Shown here: piece by piece, positions 1 through 9,903 of the stretch | Numbering within the stretch: position 1 is the stretch's first letter | Layout of the letters: each line of letters begins with the position of its first letter | From: Clostridia bacterium | GTDB lineage: Bacteria > Bacillota > Clostridia > TANB77 > CAG-508 | Direction: 5' to 3' | Assembly (NCBI GenBank): GCA_017524665.1 | Contig: JAFXVF010000008.1 | Location: 7,842 to 71,841 of the forward strand | DNA length: 64,000 nt | Position numbers and translations under genes: made by a program | Notes under the pieces: generated by a model | Databases searched by the model: none | What the model was told of the DNA's origin: nothing | The model's input: only the letters and a program-made list of their open reading frames with translations

Positions 1-190
1 ATATTTAGTCGATAATGAGAATGTTGCTCTTTCAAGAGATAAAATACTAAACAATGTATGGAATTATGATTATTATGGAGATTCAAGAACCATAGACAGC
101 CATATAAAGAAAATTAGACATAAACTTGGCAAAAAAGGAAAATATATAAAGACTATGCGTGGTGTGGGGTATAAATTTGAAACAAAATAG
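1..190 (+). CDS. OmpR-family response regulator, C-terminal winged-helix DNA-binding domain (5' partial)
   Basis: Translation ...RDKILNNVWNYDYYGDSRTIDSHIKKIRHKLGKKGKYIKTMRGVGYKFETK is the typical OmpR/PhoB C-terminal effector domain. Stop TAG at 188-190. It sits immediately upstream of a sensor kinase. Confidence 0.7.
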   Translation, partial: YLVDNENVALSRDKILNNVWNYDYYGDSRTIDSHIKKIRHKLGKKGKYIKTMRGVGYKFETK

Positions 191-199
191 GAGGACAAA

Positions 200-1721
200 A
201 TGGCACAAATAAAAAATAGTATTTGGACATCTATAAGGATGAAGCTTTTTATTACATTAAGTGTTGCTATAGTATTGATTATCTTTCTACTTATTTTACT
301 TAATAACTTTGTACTAGAAAGCTATTATTTATATTCTAAACAAAACGATTTAATTTCGGTATATCAAAATTTAAACCAATACTATAATACATCAGAGCCA
401 GATGCAGATTTCGAATTGGAATTAGAAAAAATAGCCACTGATAATAACTTTGACATTATAATAAAAACTGATAGTGGAATTAATGTTTACACTTCAAGCA
501 AAGACTTTTCGCCAACAATTGGAAAAATAACTGAAATAGAGTCTAGTGTAAGTAGTTGGTTTAGCCCAAGAACAATTCTATATAAAAATGAAGCTTTAAT
601 GGTAAGAAAAATTCAAGATAGTAGAAGCGGAATAAATTATATTCTTTTATCAGGTAATCTAGATAATGGATATGTTTTATACATTCGTATGCCGCTTTCT
701 TCTATAAGAGAGAGTGTAAAAATATCAAATCAATTTTTCTATCTAATGCGGTGGAATTGCAATTATAATTGGAGGAATTATTGTATTAATTATTTCTAAA
801 AAATTCACAAAACCAATTGTAGAGCTAAATGAAATGGCTAAGAAAATGGCAAAGCTTGATTTTAGCAAAAAGTACAGAACAACAGACACAGACGATGAAA
901 TAAATGAATTAGGCAAAAACATGAATACGGTTTCAGATAAACTTGAAGTTACGATAAAACAGTTAAAGGAAACAAATATAGAGCTTGAAAAAGATATCGA
1001 GCAGAAATCTAAAATAGATGAAATGAGAAAGCAATTTATTTCAGATGTTTCACATGAACTTAAAACTCCTATTGCAATAATTCAAGGATATGCTGAAGGA
1101 CTAAAAGAAAATGTCAATACAGATGAAGAAAGTAGAGATTATTATTCAGAAGTAATCTTAGATGAAGCAAATAAAATGGATAAACTAGTAAAGCAATTGC
1201 TTGAATTAATGAAGCTGGAATATGGAAAAAGAGAATTTAATAATCAGAAATTTAACATATATGAGTTAATAGAAGAAGTAATTCGCAAGAGTAATGTAAT
1301 GTACGAAGAAAAGAATATAAAAATAGAAATTAATGGCAACAATCCAACATATGTTTATGCAGATGATTTTTATATTGAACAGATTGTAACCAATTATTTT
1401 ACAAATGCATTTAAACATGTAAAAGAGATAAATGGAGAAAAAATTATAAAATTTGCTATAGATGAAAATGAACAAACAGGAAAAGTAAGAGTAAGTGTAT
1501 TTAATACTGGAGATAAAATAGATGATGAAAATCTAAATAGAATTTGGAATAGATTTTACAAAGTTGATAGTTCAAGAAATCGTTCAGATGGAGGAAGCGG
1601 AATAGGATTATCATTGGTTAAAGCAATAATGACGAACTATGGTAATAACTATGGAGTGTTTAATACAGGAGATGGAGTAGAATTTTATTTTGAATTAGAT
1701 ATACCAAAAGAAAGCAATTAG
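200..1721 (+). CDS. Sensor histidine kinase (2 TM, HisKA H-box SHELKTP, HATPase_c). Needs a +1 shift at in-frame CGG 749-751.
   Basis: ORF 200-799 holds the N-terminal TM and sensor region. ORF 834-1721 holds the HisKA and ATPase domains. The second TM helix (GGIAIIIGGIIVLIISKKF) and the HAMP-like linker are only read in the +1 frame. Skipping C749 of ATG-CGG-TGG gives ...LMGGIAIIIGG... continuous with the kinase domain. Confidence 0.75.
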
Positions 1722-2022
1722 ATTTGCTTTCTTTTTTCTTAACATTCAATTTGCTTTCACATAAAAGACATATACCATTTGTAGAATATAAATATAGAAA
1801 GGAGGAAATAAAGTGAAAAAGCAACTTAAGGGAATCTAAAAAAAGGAGGAATGCCTATCGAATATTTGAAAATAATTAATTAATATATAGACAATATTAT
1901 GAAAGGAAGTGACTGCCTATACGAACCTAAATAAATGTAAATCTAAAAAGAATTAATTACCCTTAATACATTAAAAGAAGATGTCCTAAAATAATAAATT
2001 TATAATAACGAGCTTAAAAGTT

Positions 2023-2163
2023 TCCGCTCCCGGAGAGTTATATTTTTTCTTCCTCATTGCCCCATCCTAGAACTTGTAGTTCGTGTTTCACACTCACACA
2101 AGTTCTACGGCGGTCGCCCCGGAGTCATTCGTCATAAAAAATATGGAACTCTCCTCGCGCTAG
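2023..2163. repeat. GC-rich ~140-nt structured intergenic element with terminal inverted repeats (copy A, + orientation)
   Basis: GC-rich island in AT-rich intergenic DNA. The ends ccgctcccggagag...ctctcctcgcgc are inverted repeats. The internal palindrome is tagaacttgt...acaagttcta. A second copy in opposite orientation lies at 27501-27635, with shared ends tagcgcgagg(g)agag / ctctcc(c)gggagcgg and a shared ggcgacc-gc block. Confidence 0.5.
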
Positions 2164-2585
2164 AATGCTTTATAAATTTACTATTTTAGGGCATCTTCTT
2201 GTTAAAAAATGTCGAACTTTGACGTTCGATTTTTCTTTACAATTGGCAAAAATCGTAATATTATAATGACAAATTTTTTAAATTGCAATTTTTAAAATCA
2301 TTATTTTTTTATTCTTAAATTAAATCAAATTTAGTATTAAACAACATAAGGAGGAATGCAAATGGGATAAGCTGTACTCGTAAGAATGTTACAACTGTTT
2401 CTTTTTTTATTACAGTATCTATATTTTTTATATTTTATTTTTCAAGTTATTTTTTAAATCACCTGTTTTCCAAAACAACTTATCAAGATATTAATTTAAA
2501 TATTTCTACAAATTCAACAATCCCAGAAAATAAAATTAACAATACAAATAGTAGTACTTCACTTAATAAGGTAAATGAAAAAAAC

Positions 2586-3083
2586 ATGAATAAGAGTAAT
2601 ACTGCTATAATTAATGTTACGCAAAACAATACAAATACAAAAAATGCGGGAAATATAACTACAACTAAAAACAACAATACAAGTAGGGCAAGCAAAATGG
2701 AAGATATAAATAAATGGGAGATTTCAATACCAACTATTGATTTATGTGCGCCTATATCAGAAGGCACTAGCACAGAAGTTATGGATCAATATGTTGGACA
2801 TTTTGAAAATACAAATTATTGGGAAGGTAATGTTGCTTTAGCGGCGCATAATAGAGGTTATAGAGTAAATCATTTTGCAAATATTAAAAATTTAAAAAAA
2901 GGAGATTTAATCCAATACTACTATAAAGGAAATCTAAAACAATATAAGGTTGAAATAGTTACTGTAATTAAAGATACAGATTGGACGTATCTAGAAAACA
3001 CTCAAGACAATAGGATTACATTAATTACATGTGTAGAAGATGAACCAGAATACAGAAGATGCATACAAGGAATAGAAATCTAA
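2586..3083 (+). CDS. Sortase (class B-like) with TLITC catalytic-Cys motif
   Basis: WEISIPTIDLCAPI (conserved sortase beta1), AAHNRGY (His) and RITLITCVEDE (TLxTC) are present. ATG 2586 gives a protein with no N-terminal TM. An in-frame upstream segment (2388-2585) does encode a TM helix (VSFFITVSIFFIFYFSSYFL) but has no canonical in-frame start. The RBS AGGAGG at 2350 is followed by ATG-GGA-TAA in another frame. Confidence 0.7.
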   Translation: MNKSNTAIINVTQNNTNTKNAGNITTTKNNNTSRASKMEDINKWEISIPTIDLCAPISEGTSTEVMDQYVGHFENTNYWEGNVALAAHNRGYRVNHFANIKNLKKGDLIQYYYKGNLKQYKVEIVTVIKDTDWTYLENTQDNRITLITCVEDEPEYRRCIQGIEI

Positions 3084-3106
3084 AATTTGAAGGGAGAAAT
3101 CTAATT

Positions 3107-5002
3107 ATGAAATTAATAAAAAAACTAGGAAAAGTATTATTACTATTAATAACTTTAATAAGCGCTGTATTCAGCAATTTTGGAAACTTATGTACAAAAG
3201 TTGAAGCTGCAACTTTCTTTGTAGAAGAGGCAAATTTAAAGTCGAAAGGAACATTTACTGGTTCAATTACATATAATGGAACTGAAATAGCAACGACATA
3301 TGTGTATTACGTAAAAGATGGAGTGGAATATCCAGCATATTGTATTAGCCCAGGAGCTGACGGAGTAGGAGAATATGGGAACTATACAGTTACTGTAGAT
3401 TCATTGCTAACTGATGTAAATCTTTGGAGAGTAATTACAAATGGATACCCATATAAAACTCCAGCAGAGCTTGGATGTAATTCTGCAGAAGAAGCATTTA
3501 CAGCAACAAAACATGCGGTTTACTGTGCAATATTTGGAAGAGAAGCTAGTTGGTATGGAACAATAGGAGAAAAAGGTGTAAGAGTTAGAAATGCAATGGC
3601 AAAAATACTATCAGATGCAAGGTCAGGCTCATCTGGAAAACCATCAAGTAATATTGAAATTAATTCTAAACAATCTAATTGGGTAGTTGATACAAGCTTA
3701 TCAAATTGCGTATCTCAAACATTTGGAATAACAGCTTCAACAACATATAACACATATAGTGTTTCTTTAGAGGGAAATTATCCAGAAGAGACAAGTATAT
3801 TAGATGAGAACAATAAACCTAAAAATACATTTGCAGCAGGAGAAAAATTTAAAATAGCAATACCTATGAAAGCTTTAAATAATAGTGGAGAATTTAGGGT
3901 AAAAGTAACAACAAAGCTTAATACTAAACCAGTTCTATATGGAAAAGCACCTTCTGGAACAGGACTACAAGACTATGCTTTAACAGCATCTATTTATGAA
4001 GATGCTGAAGGAACAAAGCTATTAAGCTATTCAAAAAATGATACAAAAATTGAAATTCTAAAACAAGATGAAAAAACACTAAAACCAATTAGTGGTGTGG
4101 AATTTAGAATTCTAGATAGCAACAAAAAGCCGGTATATACAAATCTTGTAACAAATAGCAAAGGAAAAGTTACTGTAAATAATATTGCACCTGGTAAATA
4201 TTACATAGAGGAAGTAAAGGCGCCAGATGGATATGTAAAGTATGATGAGCTAATAGAGTGTACTATAGAATACAATCAATTATTAACTATAACTGTAAAT
4301 AATTCACTAGAAAAGAAAACAGAAACTGAAAAAAACGTTCAAAATATAAATGTTTCAACTAAAAAAGAAGAAGTAGAAGTTACAAAAAAAGAAACAAATA
4401 TTGACAAAAGCTCAAAGGAAAAATCAGTTGATATTTTAAATGAAGAAAAAGATATTTCTGAAAGCAAGGAAAAATTAGAAGAGAAGGAAAGTACAGTAAT
4501 CAGTACTGCTAAATCTAATGCTACACTAACAAAAAAGACAAATAATTTAAACATAGACAATTCAAATAAAAACTATAATGAACAATCACAAAATGAAAAA
4601 ACAGTTATTGAAAATCAAAACGTAAATATCAATAGAAACCTTTTAGAACAGTATTTAAAGCTATATAACAACAATCTAAACTCTAACGAAAACATACAAA
4701 AATTAATAACAGAAATACTTAATAACAATGAAAACAGAAATGTAAACATACAAGATGAAGATATAAAATTAGAAAATAAAAACAAAGATAGCAATACAAA
4801 TTTGCAAAATAGTCAACTTGTTGTAAATAGCAATAATGCTAAAAATGAGGGAAATATTCAAAACATAAACCAAAATGTAAATACAAATGTACAGAACAGC
4901 CATATTAATTTAAATAATCAAAATAAAAATATGCAAAAAAATATTAATACAAACATTGCTTCATATAATGGAGTGGTTAAATTACCAAAAACAGGAATGT
5001 AA
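3107..5002 (+). CDS. Signal-peptide surface protein (putative pilin/adhesin) with CnaB-type (prealbumin-like) domain and a long N/K/E-rich low-complexity region, ending in the sortase motif LPKTG
   Basis: Signal peptide MKLIKKLGKVLLLLITLISAVFS. The GVEFRILDSNKKPVYTNLVTNSKGKVTVNNIAPGKYYIEEVKAPDGYV segment is a CnaB/SpaA-type fold. The C-terminus is VKLPKTGM followed by a stop. The gene sits next to a sortase gene. RBS GGGAG is 8 nt upstream of ATG 3107. Confidence 0.65.
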   Translation: MKLIKKLGKVLLLLITLISAVFSNFGNLCTKVEAATFFVEEANLKSKGTFTGSITYNGTEIATTYVYYVKDGVEYPAYCISPGADGVGEYGNYTVTVDSLLTDVNLWRVITNGYPYKTPAELGCNSAEEAFTATKHAVYCAIFGREASWYGTIGEKGVRVRNAMAKILSDARSGSSGKPSSNIEINSKQSNWVVDTSLSNCVSQTFGITASTTYNTYSVSLEGNYPEETSILDENNKPKNTFAAGEKFKIAIPMKALNNSGEFRVKVTTKLNTKPVLYGKAPSGTGLQDYALTASIYEDAEGTKLLSYSKNDTKIEILKQDEKTLKPISGVEFRILDSNKKPVYTNLVTNSKGKVTVNNIAPGKYYIEEVKAPDGYVKYDELIECTIEYNQLLTITVNNSLEKKTETEKNVQNINVSTKKEEVEVTKKETNIDKSSKEKSVDILNEEKDISESKEKLEEKESTVISTAKSNATLTKKTNNLNIDNSNKNYNEQSQNEKTVIENQNVNINRNLLEQYLKLYNNNLNSNENIQKLITEILNNNENRNVNIQDEDIKLENKNKDSNTNLQNSQLVVNSNNAKNEGNIQNINQNVNTNVQNSHINLNNQNKNMQKNINTNIASYNGVVKLPKTGM

Positions 5003-5106
5003 AATTGTGCTATATATAGCATATTAGGGCTAAATCAACATTGACAGAAACACGTAAAAATAATATAATATTTAGCGTAATATAAGAAAATAAAGGAAGT
5101 AATAAA

Positions 5107-6342
5107 ATGGAAAAAAAATTAACAGAATTAGTAAATAGTGTACAAGAAGAAATTAAACCTGTTTTTGAGGAAATAGACAAAATATGCGAATATAACAGTA
5201 AAAAGGTACTTACAGCTTTTCAAGAAAATCACGTTTCAGAAATGCATTTTAATAGTACAAGCGGATATGGATATGGAGATGTTGGAAGAGACACAATAGA
5301 AAACATATTTGCAAAAGTATTAGGAGCAGAGGATGCGTTAGTACGTGCACAGTTTATTTCAGGAACTCATGCACTTACAGTATGCCTATTTGGGTTATTA
5401 AGACCAGGAGATACTGTGCTTAGCATAAATGGAAAGCCATATGACACACTAGATAGTGTAATAGGCATAGAAGAAAATCCATGCTCGCTAAAATCATATA
5501 ACATTAATTATGAACAAATTGATTTAATTGGAAATAATTTTAATTATAAAGCAATAGAAGAAAGAGTAGCAAAAAAAGACATCAAGCTCGTAATAATGCA
5601 AAGATCAAGAGGCTATGACTTAAGAAAAAGCTTGAGTCTTGAAAATATAAAGAAAGTTGTAGAAACAATCAGAAAAGTTAATCTTGATGTATGGATTATG
5701 TGTGATAATTGCTATGGAGAATTTGTTGACACTGAAGAACCATTAAGTATGGGTGTAGACGTAATAGTAGGCTCACTAATTAAAAATCTAGGTGGAGGAA
5801 TTGCACCTAATGGAGGCTATATTGCCGGAAAGAAAGAATTAGTTGAACTATGTAGTCAAAGACTAACAGCACCAGGATTGGGAAAAGAAGTAGGACCAAC
5901 ATTAGGAATAAATAGAAGTTTTCTACAAGGTTTATTTATGGCACCAAGTGTTGTAGCAAGTAGTTTAAAAACGGCAGTATTTGCAAGTAGAGCCTTAGAA
6001 AAGCTTGGTTACGTTGTAGAACCATCATATAATGAAAAAAGATCAGACATTGTACAAACAATAAGATTTGGAAATCCTGAATTACTTATTAAATTCTGTC
6101 AAGGAATTCAAATGGGTTCACCAATAGATTCAAATACTATTCCAGAGCCATGGGATATGCCAGGTTATACTGACAAAGTAATAATGGCAGCAGGAACATT
6201 TACTGCAGGATCATCAATAGAACTATCATGTGATGCGCCAATTAGAGAACCATTCGTTGCATTTTTGCAAGGAGGATTAACCTACGAATATGGAAAATTA
6301 GGCGTAATTAAAGCAATAGAAAACATACTAAAAGAAAAATAA
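5107..6342 (+). CDS. PLP-dependent Cys/Met-metabolism family enzyme (YnbB / aluminium-resistance-protein-like)
   Basis: 411 aa with similarity to the methionine gamma-lyase-like Alum_res family (FISGTHALTVCLFGLL..., SLIKNLGGGIAPNGGYIAG). This call is from memory of the family and is not computed. Confidence 0.5.
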   Translation: MEKKLTELVNSVQEEIKPVFEEIDKICEYNSKKVLTAFQENHVSEMHFNSTSGYGYGDVGRDTIENIFAKVLGAEDALVRAQFISGTHALTVCLFGLLRPGDTVLSINGKPYDTLDSVIGIEENPCSLKSYNINYEQIDLIGNNFNYKAIEERVAKKDIKLVIMQRSRGYDLRKSLSLENIKKVVETIRKVNLDVWIMCDNCYGEFVDTEEPLSMGVDVIVGSLIKNLGGGIAPNGGYIAGKKELVELCSQRLTAPGLGKEVGPTLGINRSFLQGLFMAPSVVASSLKTAVFASRALEKLGYVVEPSYNEKRSDIVQTIRFGNPELLIKFCQGIQMGSPIDSNTIPEPWDMPGYTDKVIMAAGTFTAGSSIELSCDAPIREPFVAFLQGGLTYEYGKLGVIKAIENILKEK

Positions 6343-6355
6343 AAAGGAGAAAAAT

Positions 6356-7621
6356 ATGAAAGTCATTGTAATTGGAGGAGGACCAGCAGGATTACTATCA
6401 GCTATAGAAGCAGCTAAAGGAAATGAAGTAATACTTCTAGAGAAAATGGAATCATTAGGCAAAAAACTTAAGATTACAGGCAAAGGTAGATGCAACATTA
6501 CAAGCTCACTGGATATTTCAGAGTTTATTTCAAATATTCCTGGCAATGGAAAATTTCTTTATAGTGCTTTTCAAAACTTTACAAATAAAGACATTGTACA
6601 ATTATTAAAAGAAGAAGGAGTAGAGGTTAAAACTGAAAGAGGAAACAGAATATTTCCGGTTTCAGATAAAGCTGAAGATGTTTTAAATGCTTTAATTAGA
6701 AGATGCAAAAAAGAAAAAGTTGATATAAGAACAAACCAAAAGGTTATAAAAATTTTAACGAAGGATAATAGTGTAACAGGAGTGGTTGCAGAAAACCGTA
6801 GCACTCAAAAAGAGGAAATACTTCTTGCAGATAAAGTAATACTTGCAACAGGTGGAAGAAGCTACTCTTCAACAGGATCAACAGGTGATGGATATAAATT
6901 TGCAAAAGAATTAGGACACAATATTATTCCAATAAAGCCTTCTTTGGTTCCTCTAGAATGCCATGACAAGAAACTGTGCAAAATGTGCCAAGGACTATCA
7001 CTTAGAAATGTTGAAATACAAATAAAAGATAGCGAAAATTCAAAAGTAATTTATGAAGATTTTGGAGAGATGTTATTTACACATTTTGGAGTGTCAGGAC
7101 CAACGATCTTAAGTGGTTCAGCTCATCTATTAAGATACAAGGACTTGGAAGAAAAATTAAATAAACAAAAAATAAAACTAGTAATAGATTTAAAACCTGC
7201 TCTAGACGAAGAAAAATTAGACGCTAGAATATTAAGAGATTTTGAAGAAAATAAAAATAAGAGATTTAAAAATAGCTTAGACAAGCTTCTACCACAAAAA
7301 ATAATAGAAGCGGTTATATTAAAAAGCAATATAAATCCTGACAAGCAAGTAAATGAAATAACTAAAGAAGGAAGAAAAGCATTAATATCACAAATAAAAA
7401 AATTTACTGTTGACATTTCAGGATTTAGAGATATTGAAGAAGCAATAATTACAAGTGGAGGAGTTGACACTAAAGAAATTAATCCGAAGACAATGGAATC
7501 AAAAATTGTAAAAGGATTATTTTTTGCAGGAGAAATAATTGACGTTGATGCATACACTGGAGGATTTAACTTACAAATTGCGTATAGCACAGGGACAACT
7601 GCAGGCAAAACTAGTGAATAA
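6356..7621 (+). CDS. FAD-dependent oxidoreductase, HI0933/YhiN (BaiN-like) family
   Basis: N-terminal Rossmann motif MKVIVIGGGPAGLLSAI. C-terminal GGVDTKEINPKTMESKIVKGLFFAGEIIDVDAYTGGFNLQIA is typical of the HI0933 family. Confidence 0.7.
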   Translation: MKVIVIGGGPAGLLSAIEAAKGNEVILLEKMESLGKKLKITGKGRCNITSSLDISEFISNIPGNGKFLYSAFQNFTNKDIVQLLKEEGVEVKTERGNRIFPVSDKAEDVLNALIRRCKKEKVDIRTNQKVIKILTKDNSVTGVVAENRSTQKEEILLADKVILATGGRSYSSTGSTGDGYKFAKELGHNIIPIKPSLVPLECHDKKLCKMCQGLSLRNVEIQIKDSENSKVIYEDFGEMLFTHFGVSGPTILSGSAHLLRYKDLEEKLNKQKIKLVIDLKPALDEEKLDARILRDFEENKNKRFKNSLDKLLPQKIIEAVILKSNINPDKQVNEITKEGRKALISQIKKFTVDISGFRDIEEAIITSGGVDTKEINPKTMESKIVKGLFFAGEIIDVDAYTGGFNLQIAYSTGTTAGKTSE

Positions 7622-7624
7622 GGA

Positions 7625-8257
7625 GTGTTTTTAGTGGAAGAATTCTTGAGCATTAAAGAAGAAGCAAAAGCAGAAATTACAGAAAAGAAATCTAAGTTTA
7701 TTGCAGAAGTATTTTATGTTGAAACTGTAAAAGAAGCGGAAGAGGCAATAGAAAGAGTAAAGAAAAGAGAACACAGTGCAAAACATCACTGTTATGCATA
7801 CAGAATAATTGATGAAAAAATTATTGAAAAAATGTCTGATGATGGAGAACCATCTGGAACGGCAGGAGCACCTATACTTTCAATATTACAGGGCAAAAAT
7901 CTTAATAATGTATTGGTAATTGTAACAAGGTATTTTGGTGGTATCCTACTTGGTACAGGCGGACTTGTAAGAGCATATTCAGAATCGGCAACTAATGCAA
8001 TTGAAAAAGCTGAAACAAAAAAAATGCAAAAAGGAGCAGAAATTGAGCTAGAAATAAGATATCAAGAATACGAGAATTTAAAGTATTATCTAAGTAAAAT
8101 AAATGGCAAAATAATTTCATCTGAATATAAAGACAATGTAAAAGCGACAATTCAAATTCCAATTTCTTATGTAGATGATTTTACCTTAAATTACCAAAAA
8201 CTCCCATTTAAAATTGAAAACTCGAAAAAAGTCAAAGAAAAATTTGTTGATATATAA
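7625..8257 (+). CDS. YigZ/IMPACT family protein
   Basis: SKFIAEVFYVETVKEAEEAI...HHCYAYRI...DDGEPSGTAGAPIL is the UPF0029/IMPACT signature. GTG start follows an AAGGAG RBS. Confidence 0.65.
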   Translation: MFLVEEFLSIKEEAKAEITEKKSKFIAEVFYVETVKEAEEAIERVKKREHSAKHHCYAYRIIDEKIIEKMSDDGEPSGTAGAPILSILQGKNLNNVLVIVTRYFGGILLGTGGLVRAYSESATNAIEKAETKKMQKGAEIELEIRYQEYENLKYYLSKINGKIISSEYKDNVKATIQIPISYVDDFTLNYQKLPFKIENSKKVKEKFVDI

Positions 8258-8362
8258 GGCAAAACAAGAATAATTTGAAAAAATTTCCAAAAAAGTATTG
8301 CAATCAAAAAGAAAAGATATTATAATGCACAACGTAAAAAAATTTAGTTAGGAGGAATTAAA

Positions 8363-9181
8363 TTGAAAGAAAAAATTAGCATACTGATTGCAGACGACAA
8401 TGCGGATTTCGCAAAAACTTTGGCGGAATGTTTAGGAAAAAATGAAGACATGGAAATAGTAGGTATGGCAAAAGATGGAATAGAAGCGGTAGAAATGATT
8501 AAAATAATGAAACCAGATATAGCACTATTAGATGTAATAATGCCACATTTAGACGGATTAGGAGTACTAGAAAATTTACAAAATGGTGAAATGGCAAAGA
8601 AACCAATTTGTATTATGGTATCTGCTGTAGGGCAGGACAAGGTTACACAAAAAGCAATTGCACTAGGAGCAGAGTATTATGTTGTAAAGCCATTTGACAT
8701 TGATCTTTTAATAAAAAGAATTAGAGAGGTGAAACTTTTTCAAAATGTGCCAATAAAGCCAATATACATAAACCGTGAAATTAAAGCACAATACATTGAA
8801 CTTGAGCCTGACGCAAAAAGAGATGGCAAAAATTTAGAAGCACTTGTTACAAATGTAATACATGAAGTTGGAGTACCTGCTCATATTAAAGGATACCAGT
8901 ATTTAAGAGAAGCAATAATGATGGTAATAAACGACATTGAAACAATAAATCAAATTACAAAACAGCTATATCCGGATATTGCAAGCAAATTTAAAACAAC
9001 GCCAAGCAGAGTAGAACGTGCAATAAGACATGCAATAGAAGTAGCATGGGGAAGAGGAGAACAAGCAACTGTAGAAAGCATATTTGGCTATACAGTTTCA
9101 GCTAATAAAGGGAAACCAACAAATTCGGAATTTATTGCAATGATAGCTGACAAATTAAGACTAGAATTAAAAAGTGCATAA
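8363..9181 (+). CDS. spo0A: Sporulation master response regulator Spo0A
   Basis: Receiver domain [10 protein letters not shown]...[11 protein letters not shown]. The C-terminal Spo0A-specific effector contains the 0A box [21 protein letters not shown] start follows an AGGAGG RBS. Confidence 0.9.
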   Translation: MKEKISILIADDNADFAKTLAECLGKNEDMEIVGMAKDGIEAVEMIKIMKPDIALLDVIMPHLDGLGVLENLQNGEMAKKPICIMVSAVGQDKVTQKAIALGAEYYVVKPFDIDLLIKRIREVKLFQNVPIKPIYINREIKAQYIELEPDAKRDGKNLEALVTNVIHEVGVPAHIKGYQYLREAIMMVINDIETINQITKQLYPDIASKFKTTPSRVERAIRHAIEVAWGRGEQATVESIFGYTVSANKGKPTNSEFIAMIADKLRLELKSA

Positions 9182-9204
9182 ATGAAATAAGTAAAGAGGA
9201 AAAC

Positions 9205-9843
9205 ATGGAAGAAGAATTAAGATATTATTATGGATTTAACAAATATGAAAATTTAATTGAAATGCTAAAAAAGTATAGTGAATTAAATTATTGTGGGTGC
9301 TTCTACGAAAAGACTATACAGTATGACCATCCTTGCAAAGAAGATTCATTCTATAGTAAAGAGATTGATGGCAGGTTTAGAGTTAGATGCTCTAAAAACA
9401 TTGAAAATGAAAAATGTGAGTCAAAAATAAGCTGGAAAAGAAGAATGAATGATACTTTAAAAGGAGAGGTTAATAAAGAAGAAGAAATTGAAGTAAACTT
9501 TAAAATTGAAGATTTTTCTAATTTATGTTTTTTATTAGAAAATGTCATTAAAATGAAGAATGTTGAATCATATGAAAGATACCGAAATGCTTTTTCTAAT
9601 GAGGATATTGAAATTGTTGTTGATAAATATCCATTTGGTATAGCACTTGAAATAGAAAACAAGAGCAAAGGAAAAAGTGCAGAGGAAACAGTACTAACTT
9701 GGGTAAAGAAGCTAGGATTAAAACCAGAAGATGCATACAGACTTTCTTGGGATGACAAATATAAAGAACTATGCAAAGAACAAAACGTAGAACAATTTAA
9801 ACATGTTACATTTAACAAACCAATGCCAAAAGTAAAAAATTAA
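9205..9843 (+). CDS. Hypothetical protein (212 aa)
   Basis: Intact ORF with RBS AAGAGGAAAAC upstream. No family recognised. A hairpin follows at 9850-9893. Confidence 0.4.
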   Translation: MEEELRYYYGFNKYENLIEMLKKYSELNYCGCFYEKTIQYDHPCKEDSFYSKEIDGRFRVRCSKNIENEKCESKISWKRRMNDTLKGEVNKEEEIEVNFKIEDFSNLCFLLENVIKMKNVESYERYRNAFSNEDIEIVVDKYPFGIALEIENKSKGKSAEETVLTWVKKLGLKPEDAYRLSWDDKYKELCKEQNVEQFKHVTFNKPMPKVKN

Positions 9844-9849
9844 CAAAAA

Positions 9850-9893
9850 AATCATACCCCCATACAATAAAGTATGGGGGTGTTTTTTGTGAA
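9850..9893 (+). terminator. Rho-independent terminator hairpin (atcataccccca...tgggggtg + T-run)
   Basis: GC stem accccca/tgggggt followed by ttttttgtg. Confidence 0.5.
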
Positions 9894-9903
9894 AAGAAAG
9901 ATA

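Noticed and set aside
2023-2163. The GC-rich repeat elements (2023-2163, 27501-27635 and the 75-nt cores) could be tRNA-like genes, for example a suppressor or quadruplet-reading tRNA.
   Set aside because: No acceptor stem with a 3' CCA context, no T-loop GTTCRANYC and no cloverleaf could be drawn. They look like hairpin or TIR elements instead.
3059-3106. The upstream in-frame starts listed by the ORF track could be real for 3059 (adhesin), 9874 (GH25), 30109 (pflB), 30371 (ruvA), 46664 (hup), 47120 (Cys-repeat protein), 50869 (valS) and 56185 (SpoIIQ-like).
   Set aside because: In each case a downstream ATG, GTG or TTG with a properly spaced Shine-Dalgarno sequence starts a conserved N-terminus or signal peptide. 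The longer versions overlap upstream terminators or the preceding gene.
4970-5060. The adhesin C-terminus (LPKTGM then stop) could be extended by a CGG-type or other shift to supply a membrane anchor.
   Set aside because: No CGG is present, and none of the three downstream frames encodes a hydrophobic segment. It is left as a truncation or atypical substrate.
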